Below, in pieces: positions 54,749 through 64,000 of a DNA stretch of 64,000 nucleotides (the stretch's first letter is position 1; the number at the start of each line of letters is the position of its first letter). This DNA comes from Octopus sinensis (lineage: Eukaryota): contig NC_043015.1 in the NCBI RefSeq assembly GCF_006345805.1, forward strand, positions 52,886,001-52,950,000, read 5' to 3'. Below the pieces are notes generated by a model that did not search any database, was not told the DNA's origin, and saw only the letters and a program-made list of their open reading frames with translations. The position numbers were made by a program, and so were the translations under genes.

Positions 54749-55894
54749 ACACACACACACACACACACATGTAGACGGGGTTCCACACAGTTTCTGTCCA
54801 TCAAATTCATTCAAAAGGCACTGGTTGGCTCGCGGCTATTGCCCAAGGTGCCGCACAGTGGGACCAAACCTGCGCCTACAGAGCCATGCTTTTGTATACG
54901 TATATATTTTAGCACCAGCCAATGCCAAAACACACATCTTACACCGCTGCCACTGGACCCACCACCACCCTCCTCCACCACTTGTGTATATGATTTTACA
55001 AACTGCTACCTTCTATGTAATCTTTTAATCAGTTTGTCTGTTTCACTGCGCGTGTGTATATTCTCTTTTACATGTTTCAGTTATTTGATAGTGGCCATGC
55101 TGGAGCACAGCCTTTAGTCGAAAAAATGGACCCCAGGACCTATTCTTTGTAAGCCCGGTGCTTATTCTATCGGTCTCTTTTGCTAAACAGCAAAGTTTCG
55201 GGGACATAAACACACATTCTAATTCTCTGTCCTTCTCCTCTCCCTTCTTGTGCGTAAAACCTTCCCCCATCTATTTCTACTTGTCTCTCTACCTATCATC
55301 TATCTTTCTCTTTTTACAGCCTCCATTTCTTCCTCTGTCCATCTCTGTCAACTACCTACCGTCTATCTTTATTCCCCTTTTTCTCTGCACTCCCTCTTCC
55401 TTCGTACTTGCTCTTCCCCATTCTCCTTTACTTCACTGTGTCTATCTTTCTTCATTTTTTAGTACCAGAAGATCATCAAATTTTTTATCACTCATCTTTT
55501 TTCTATTTGACCAGTGCATCGGTAAGACATATATTTTGTTTCATCTCTTGCCTAGCATTCACTTCAGACCCCCAGTTTACCTTTTCACTTTTTATTATTT
55601 TCTTTCCTTCTGTCTTCGATCCTATTTTTCAGTCCTTCCCCTGAACACAAGTACCACCATTTTCTTCCCTTTTTCGTTAATTTTCGTCATGTAGCGTCCC
55701 ACATTTTGAAATACTTGCAATTTGTATTTTTACTGCTTATGTTTGCTCTGCTTGATATATTTCCAAAATTAAACATTTAATACGCAGAATATGCTTCATA
55801 TTATTACACATACCATACGTTAATGCAAAAAAATATTGTGTTTATTGATTATCTTCAAAATGATCACACTACCAATGGAAAGTTCGCTAACAAT

Positions 55895-56288
55895 TTGCTA
55901 AGGCAGTTATGAAAGGCTATCAAGACCAAACACCCAGAAAAACTGATGAATGGGGTCCTGTTACGTTAGGACAATGCTTCAGCACGCAAGTCCTTGGTTT
56001 TAATGGCTGCTGTGTTAGTGATTTGGTTCCATCTAGTTATTATATGTTTCCCAACATAGATAAACACTTAGCTGGGCACCAGCATCAATGTGATGATGAC
56101 GTCTTATCTGCTGTTGATGACTATTTTGACCGACAAGATTGCTTCTTCACACTTGCGATCCAAGCACTGCAACTACTTAGGGAAGTGTGTGGACAGGAAG
56201 AGGAACGACGTTAAAAAATGAACTTTATTTGGTCACATTCCATGAGACTGCCTTGCTCAGCCTATGGACATTTCAGCCAACCCTCATA
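55895..56288 (+). mobile_element. Mariner transposase 3' fragment with right TIR
   Basis: Degenerate (Q)DNA.A.KSL..MAAV, DLVPSSYYMFPNIDKHLAG..DDDVLSAVDDYF; ends in catttcagccaaccctcata. Confidence 0.8.
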
Positions 56289-56300
56289 ATGACAAAAATC

Positions 56301-57566
56301 GGATCTTTTAATTTTGAAAGCCAGATTTTCCTAGTTAACTAAACAATTTGAAACTTCGTATACTGGTAGAATGTGTCAAAAGAAAAGATAATTGTAAACC
56401 AAAATGAAAACGGAATTGTAATTTCTAAGTTTAACGTTGTTTAATAATTCGAATTTTTACCAATGATATTCTTTCTTTCGACTTCATATCATTTACTGCC
56501 TCTCAAAATATTGTTACTGTGACGTAAACAGCTATTTTGTGACGTAGTTAACGTAAACATAAAATGTAAACATCCGCTTATCGTAACTAAACACTTTCAA
56601 ACTTCGTGGAGTATATATAAAATTTGTGCAGATCCTAAATAGCTAAATTCTTTTTGAAAGTCTTAGTATATATAAAATGAGTGTTTAAATTATTTTCCAT
56701 TGTTTGCATTGCTTACACACACACACACACACACACATACATACATACACACATACTAAAATTACATCGTTGGAGCAGTAATTTATTTATGTATTTTTTT
56801 GTTATACAATTTATTTTTAAGCTGAATCCCTATCCTGCCATTAACCTCTTTCTTATAAAATAGTTGAAGAATCTGGGGTGTAGGAATTGGGCCAGTATTG
56901 GAACTTTTAACTTCTTGCTCTCTATCTTATGATCTCCGAAATTTAAGAATCTTGTGTTAACTGGGCTCTTATTATTTACTCTGACTCTACCACCACCTCA
57001 ATGCAAAGACTATCAATATCAGAATCATCTTCACAACCACCACTACAACCATTACTACAACCTCCAATGCCACCACCACAACCATCTTCTGCAACCACAA
57101 CCCCAAGATCAATACCAGCATCATATTCAAAATCACCAATTTCACCACCACTACACTCGCAATGTCTTCAACACTACCATCCATGAGACATCCTAACATA
57201 ATCAATGCTACTACTACTATCATCATCATTATCATCATCATCCACTGCCGCCACCACCAACACACCACCACCACCACTGCCATGATAACCACATCTACAC
57301 AGCTGTTGCTTACTGCTTACCCACTCCCAAAATAGCTGTCTACGTCACAGTAACCTATGCAGCTAATAATTTCAATTGAAACATACAATACGATTGGTTA
57401 AAATTCGCAGATTTAAACCGTTTTAAACGTATAAAATACATTTTTGTCAAAAAAACTTGTTGAAATTATTGTTTTCTTTTGACACATTCTACCAGTATAC
57501 GAAGTTTCAAATTATTTAGTTAACTAGAAAAATCTGAAAAATCTGGCTTTCAAAATGAAAAGATCC
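56301..57566. mobile_element. Foldback/MITE-like element with ~90-bp inverted repeats
   Basis: ggatcttttaattttgaaagccag...gtgtcaaaagaaaa at 56301-56386, reverse complement at 57472-57566. The interior is non-coding and contains microsatellites. Confidence 0.75.
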
Positions 57567-58149
57567 CAAAAATCATTATTAAACCTGCATTTTTTTTATT
57601 GTTAACATTGAAAAAAATCCACCTTTTCAGTTAAAAAATTTGGATCTGGGTTTGCACCCGCTAATTTCGTTGCTGGGCCACTCCCACCGTCTCATACCAC
57701 TACTAGTAAGTACTACGATCACAAAAGCCATGATTGCTACCACCACCACCACCACCACCACCCCACTACCACCACGACCACCACCGCTGCCGCTGCCGCC
57801 GCCACCACCACCACCACCACCACTACCACCACCACCCTGCCGCCGCCGCCAAACTACCATCACAGTGACCATAGCTACCGCAACTACCCGCGGCAGGGAA
57901 GGAATGAGTGTGAGGAAATTATAGACATCAAAGGTGTATTTATTTGTGAACTCGTCACTCGGCTGTCAAATTCCTGACTCTTGTTTATTCATAGTAAAGT
58001 GTGTTTATAATACATACATGCGTAGGTACATACATGCATGCACACATACATATATGTATACATGCACACATACATTAATGCATACATGTCATATATGTAT
58101 ACATACCGTACATATATTTACACATGCATATATATGAATACATAGGGTG

Positions 58150-58390
58150 TAAGGAAAAACGAAAAGATAATTTGAAACGCCTGAGTATTAGGAAAGAAAA
58201 TTTTAAGAATCTTACAAGAAACAGCGAAGACTGGAGGAGAGAGAATGCTTCTTCCAATTTCAAAATGCAAAAGGTACTTCATGAAGAGCAGTTACGGGAA
58301 AATAGAGAAAGGAAACAACTGAACAGCAGTCTTCCCGCAAACCGCACATTGTCCATATTAGGATTTCTTAGCCAGATCACGTGCTGGTTT
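58150..58390 (+). pseudogene. Possible degenerate RTE ORF extreme C-terminus
   Basis: KDNLKRLSI....NLTRNSEDWR...ILGFLSQI parallels the RTE pattern KD.LK..L..W..LA.DRS.WR...IGL.SH (recalled similarity). Confidence 0.4.
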
Positions 58391-59372
58391 TAATAATTCA
58401 TGTCCATATTGCTTTTGCTGGTCTGAGGATTCACGTGAGGAGTGACCAAGTGAAGTGAAAGTGAGTGACCAGGTGAAGTGAATGGTAGTAATAAAGGCGG
58501 CGAGCTGGCAGAAACGTTAGCTCGCTGGGCGAAATGCTTAGCAGTATTTCGTCTGCGTTACGTTGTGAGTTCAAATTCCGCCGAGGTCGACTTTGCCTTT
58601 CATCCTTTCGGGGTCGATAAATTAAGTACCAGTTACGCACTGGGGTCGATGTAATCGACTTAATACCTATGTCTGTCCTTGTTTGTCCGCTCTGTGTTTA
58701 GCCTCTTGTGGGTAATAAAGAAATAGGTAGTAATAATGATGTGTCTTGTTGATTGTCAATTTGGTTGAATTTTATAAATTAGAAATAAAAAATTATTTAA
58801 TTTCTTTTGTCTTCTCGTTGAACACACAAACGTCATCTTCGACGGGAGAACCCATCATATACCTATATACATTCATGTAGAAAGCGAGAGGGAGAAAGAG
58901 TGAGTGAGGAAAGATATATATATATATATAGAGGAGAGAGAGAGAGAGTGGGAGATAGATAGATAGACACAGATATATGTCCGTCTACATTTGAATTTAT
59001 ATATACATGCACAAACACGCACACAAACGCGCACATGGGCACACATGTCTGTCAGAGATATACCGCTAGCTCTTCTATGCCTAATGAAACATAGTATCAT
59101 AAACTGATACTGAAGATTCGACCAGCGAAACTGCAGTAAAGTGTAACCCTGTTTTACTTAATATCATATAATATACATACATACATACGTATATTGCAAA
59201 AAGGTCTTCCACACAGCATTTTGTGAATGAACAAAGCTGTCTAATCCATCATGGAGGACGACTTCCAATATTCTTGAGTGGAACACTTGAAGAATTGCGC
59301 ATGAAACCGTCGGTAGCTTTGTTAATCCGCAAGTAAATAATATATACATACAATTAGTACTATTGTTGTTGC

Positions 59373-59434
<62 letters not shown>

Positions 59435-60192
59435 TCATTATTATTTTTCAATAACTATTTAATGCTATTTCACTCAGACGGAAGGAATGTCATCTTGAGG
59501 TTTGGAGGCAACAAATCTTAAATTCAGGGCGCATTTTTAGGATTCTTACAGAATACAGCATCGTACTGTTCTGCATGTTGATATATCAGTTTGAACATCC
59601 TTGAGTCTCTTAAATAACAATTGGGATTTTTCGTCAAATCACAAAATATCCCTGATGCAACGTTTACAATTGTGTTTCACAATCTCTTTTTCTTTTTCTT
59701 TCTTCTGAGTCACATCCGGTCTCCTTGATTCAAGAGCTTAGAGTGTCGATGGGGAAATCCCATAAAATCTCGTTAACTATGGCGGACTTTCTCTCACTTC
59801 AAATCCAGAAACTTGAATCACTAACATCTAAATACACTCTTTTACCGTTGCCGTCATACTCCATTTTGTTTTTGTTTTAACCTACTGCACTTCCTTAGGA
59901 GACAGTTAAAACTTTCGTTCCTCTTTTCACCCTTTCTGCGATTGCTGTCTGGGTTCTTTCAACCATTATTGCTCTATCAAATTCGTTCTTATTACATGTT
60001 GTGGTGGTTTTTGCGATTATTATTGTGGTTTTTGTTGTAGATGTTAAACTAGAAACGATTTTTCTACATAAATTATCGCCTTTTCAACAAAGGTGAAACA
60101 TGGGTGAAATGATCCCTTGGCTCTTTTGATCATTCTGGCTCTATATTCTTTAATCAAAGCAGCCTATGTAGAACACCTCTCAATGTATAGTA

Positions 60193-60295
<103 letters not shown>

Positions 60296-60959
60296 GTATC
60301 AGTTTACATGTACACGCACATACATACATAAATACATACATATATGCTATATAACTGCATAAGTGCGTGTATACACACATATAGACACGCACACAAACAC
60401 AAACACACACACACACACACACAACTGTCTAATGAGTGGTGGGTGGCAATCCTACACAAAGAAACAAGTTAATTACAGACCGCCTTTTGTATTGCCAAAC
60501 ATTTTTCATCAGCCACCACGACCGCAGCTACGGCGACAACAACTGCAACGACCATCCCCACTAGCACAACCACCACCACCACCACCACCAATGTCACCAT
60601 TAACACCATTATCACCACAACCACCACCACCACCACCACCACCACCACCCATACTTTCACTTACGTCACTGCTTTTCCTTCACACACACATACACATACA
60701 CACTCGCCCCCTTCACACATACACTGCACATACATAAAATTCTACTTGACGCAATTCTGGTCCAAGAACAACACAGACAGTGGTAATTACCCCTTCCATC
60801 CACGACCATCTCTTCGACAAAGCTAATAATTTAACCAGTAAAACCTCTTCAAATCTAAACAAAAAAAATAAGGTTACTAAGTAACAAAATGATATTCGTT
60901 ACATTTCTTCTTCCAGTTCTAGGAGTAAACCTCTACAAGTGTTCGTACGTGTGTGTGTG

Positions 60960-60992
<33 letters not shown>

Positions 60993-61244
60993 AGCGTTTG
61001 TGCATGTGTGTGTGTGTGATGGGGCAGAAGACGTTTTTATTTGCTCCGCCCATTCGGCGCCCAGGACAATTTGTTTTTTCTATTTGAAGTCAGAGCGAAG
61101 AAGGCTGTAACAAACATTAACGACCCTGCAGATTCGCCGATGAATGTGTGCGCATGTGCGTGCATGTGTGCGAATGTGTTTGTGTGTAAGTGTGCATGTG
61201 AGTGTGTATGTTTGCGTATATGCCCTTCTTTTTCTCTCTCTCCG

Positions 61245-61275
<31 letters not shown>

Positions 61276-61276
<1 letters not shown>

Positions 61277-61776
61277 CTATAAAACTGTAGTTGTGTGAGT
61301 GTCTGTCCCCTTCGATTTAGATTCCTAACTACTCCCACATTTTGCGGTGCAGTTTAACCAAATTCGGGTATCTTATAGTCGTGATTCATATCGAGCCCGT
61401 CTGAGTATTAGCGCGCGTCTACGATGAGTCTACGATTTTAAATAATTTAACATCATTTTTTATTCCATTTTAGTGCATAATTTTTCGTGTGTCGATGGCG
61501 GCGGAGTTGGCGTCCATGGTCACACCTGCACCTGTTTGCTTCTCCCCCTCTTCCCTCCCGTGAAGCTGTGGGGAATGGAGTGTAAGGAAATCAACGTCGT
61601 AAAGCGTTGTCAAGGAGACCAGCGTTCTTTTAGAACAACGACTTCATGGCTTGAAGACACCAAACAGAAATGGCTAAGAAAGCCCGAATTGGCATCTATA
61701 AGGGAAGTAAATCTCTAAAAATTCTTATATAGTTATTTCCCTTACAAACCCGAGCAACGCCGGGCGATACTGCTAT
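61276..61776 (+). mobile_element. Non-autonomous Helitron (~500 bp)
   Basis: Starts TCTATAAAA inside a TA run; subterminal hairpin cccg-agcaacgc-cggg at 61749-61764; ends CTAT (CTAG variant). Confidence 0.85.
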
Positions 61777-61803
61777 ATATATATATATATATTATATATA
61801 CTA

Positions 61804-61835
<32 letters not shown>

Positions 61836-62349
61836 ATATATATATATATGTATGTATATATATATGCATATGTGTGTGTGTGCGTGCGTGTGTGCGCGTG
61901 TGTAAGAATGTAAATATGATAAATACATGTATGTTGACGAAGGAAAAACAAATTGCAGAACAAAAATGTTTTTTTTTTTGAGGTGCGAAAGAAGGGAAGT
62001 AGTTGTCGACTATAACGCTTCGGACTTTTTTCTTCTTCATGTTGTGGAGAAAAGAGCAGAAGAAATTGAAGATGGAAAAGAAAAGAAGGTAAAAATGATA
62101 GATTTCAGTGAGTTAAATCATGTGGTTTTGGTCAACATGTTCGGCTGATTGAAACGCTTGCAAGAAAAGCCCAGCTCCTGAATGCGTACGTACACACGGA
62201 AACATACTCAAACATACACACACACATACATACACAATATGGATACCCCTATTGTTAGACGACGGATGAGGATTCCTCAATTTCTTGGCAAACAACTACA
62301 TAGACAATGGACCCGAAAAGAGCAGGAGCACACACGAGGACAGAAAATG

Positions 62350-62389
62350 TCGCTGAAGAGGTCTCAGATGTGTGACGAAAGATTTCCGA
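62350..62389 (+). ncRNA. Slightly degenerate minimal hammerhead motif
   Basis: ucg CUGAAGA g GUC ucagaugugu GAC GAAA GAUUUC cga; stem III is one change from the AGAUCU palindrome. Confidence 0.5.
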
Positions 62390-63122
62390 ACAATAGACTT
62401 AAGTTAAAATAAAAACAGTAATAAACGAGGGAAGAACGAATATATAGTGCGTGTGTTTATTTGGCAAAAAAAATGACCATCCCGAAATACAACAATAACT
62501 ACACAAATGATTTTCTTTACAGTGATTAAATGTATGTACTGAATCTTAGCTCACTCCCTTTATCAAACTAACATTGTGTGTTGAAATGCATGAATATGCC
62601 ACAATTCTTGTGTCGAAATAACGCGAAATGAAGTGTTTCGTTCAAGAACACAACACACCACCCAGTTTGGGAATTGAAACCACGATTTCCTCATCAGGGT
62701 GCACAAAGGACGATACTAAGATTACATCATAATGCGTTGGAATACTCAGAATACATATTCTGGATATTCCAAATTATTCTGAGGATTCCAACGGGTTATA
62801 ATGTAATCCTTGTATTGCCCTTTGCACACCCTGATGATTTTCCATCCCAGGTGTTTCAGATACAAAATTATTTATTCATATGTTTTGTAGTTTTAATTTT
62901 GTTTGTGAAATGAAACAATTGTTAGTGAATATGTTAATTAATTAATAAATGAATTTCTATCTATTGTATCTCTCTGTTTTCAAACTTAATAATAATATTT
63001 GATATTTTATGATATTTTATATAATATATTCATTGAAGAAATATCTCTTCAAAATACACTATATTAAACCAGTGTATCTTGGATAAAAATATCCCTGTAA
63101 GAGGTCTAAATATCCTAATAGG

Positions 63123-63161
<39 letters not shown>

Positions 63162-63395
63162 TTTTGCAAAAATTTTGATTCAGATGAATATGGTACTTAT
63201 GTTGAGGCACCAGAATTTAGTACGGTATTATCCATAAATTTCAAAATAAGGTCATTAGAATCAAAATAAGCAACAAGGATATCGAGTGGAAGGGAAGGCA
63301 GCATGTTCTTTGTCTATTTCCTTAACTTCTTGGAGATTTTAGGCAAAATTATACTAATATGTCCATCTGTTTAAATTTAATTAAATTCTGTCTTT

Positions 63396-63486
63396 ATGCA
63401 GCTGAAGATTGCTCCTCAGAATTTAAATTGATGTAATGGTTGTATAGTTCGATTAAATGGAATTGCGTGAAACGATCGTACTGCAT
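63396..63486 (+). ncRNA. Type-I hammerhead motif with a large stem-II loop
   Basis: AUGCAG CUGAAGA u UGC...GCG u GAAA CGAUCGUA CUGCAU; 6-bp stem I, 8-nt palindrome ACGAUCGU, weak stem II. Confidence 0.65.
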
Positions 63487-63529
63487 TACTTCTGGATATC
63501 CTTGTTTTTATTTGATATATATATATATA

Positions 63530-63567
<38 letters not shown>

Positions 63568-63624
63568 GTTTTTGGGATTTGGTTTGCGAGATTCTTTTTA
63601 TAAGTTCGTGTGTTGAAGCTTATT

Positions 63625-63827
63625 CTGTTGTGTCTGGGGAAAGTCATTTTCTTTTTGTGCCTTATGATGTAACACACTCACCGGTAAAATTTCCACTTAT
63701 TTCTTATTTGTATTTTCCTAAATTTTCGTTGCGTGTTGCAACCTTTTCAATAGTCAAGATTATTTTACCGGTGAGTGTGTTACATTATAGGCACAAAAAG
63801 AAAATGACTCTCCCCAGACACAAACAG
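63625..63827. repeat. Inverted repeat (~66-bp arms, ~70-bp spacer)
   Basis: ctgttgtgtctgggga...caccggtaaaat at 63625-63690, reverse complement at 63762-63827. Confidence 0.92.
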
Positions 63828-63950
63828 TATATATATATATATATATATATATATAAGTTAACCAAACAAGAAAACAAAAGACAACAACGCAAGGATGTGG
63901 AAGAAATAAAGTATTATTGGACGCCCATATATATATATTATTATATATAT

Positions 63951-63995
<45 letters not shown>

Positions 63996-64000
63996 ATATA

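Noticed and set aside
59107-59320. Two hammerhead-like strings (CTGAAGA..GAAACTGCAGTA; TTGAAGA..GAAACCGTCGGTA)
   Set aside because: Stem III palindromes are present but stems I and II do not form; possible decayed relics only.

Overview
Repeat-saturated eukaryotic DNA, most likely from an octopus (coleoid cephalopod). This is inferred from the tRNA-derived SINE families and the extreme density of TA/CA/TATC/GAT/TAA microsatellites; no database was searched. I found no intact protein-coding gene, and nearly all long ORFs in the track are microsatellite read-throughs. Recognisable protein remnants are all transposon-derived: two Penelope-like (PLE) GIY-YIG/RT fragments, two R4/Dong-type fragments, degenerate RTE and Tx1-like pieces, a maT (DD37D-type) element, a mariner fragment and two Helitron derivatives. 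The most notable unexplained structure is a dispersed set of about a dozen minimal type-I hammerhead-ribozyme-like motifs, most with palindromic stem III. These include a U3-A8 core variant with stem-II covariation, a 560-bp retrozyme-like tandem unit, and a 364-bp palindrome whose axis lies in a hammerhead stem II. Many long inverted repeats and inverted SINE pairs could form dsRNA. A few isolated exon-like segments are possible but unidentified. There is a 100-N assembly gap at 52553-52652. All folds and alignments were done by eye.
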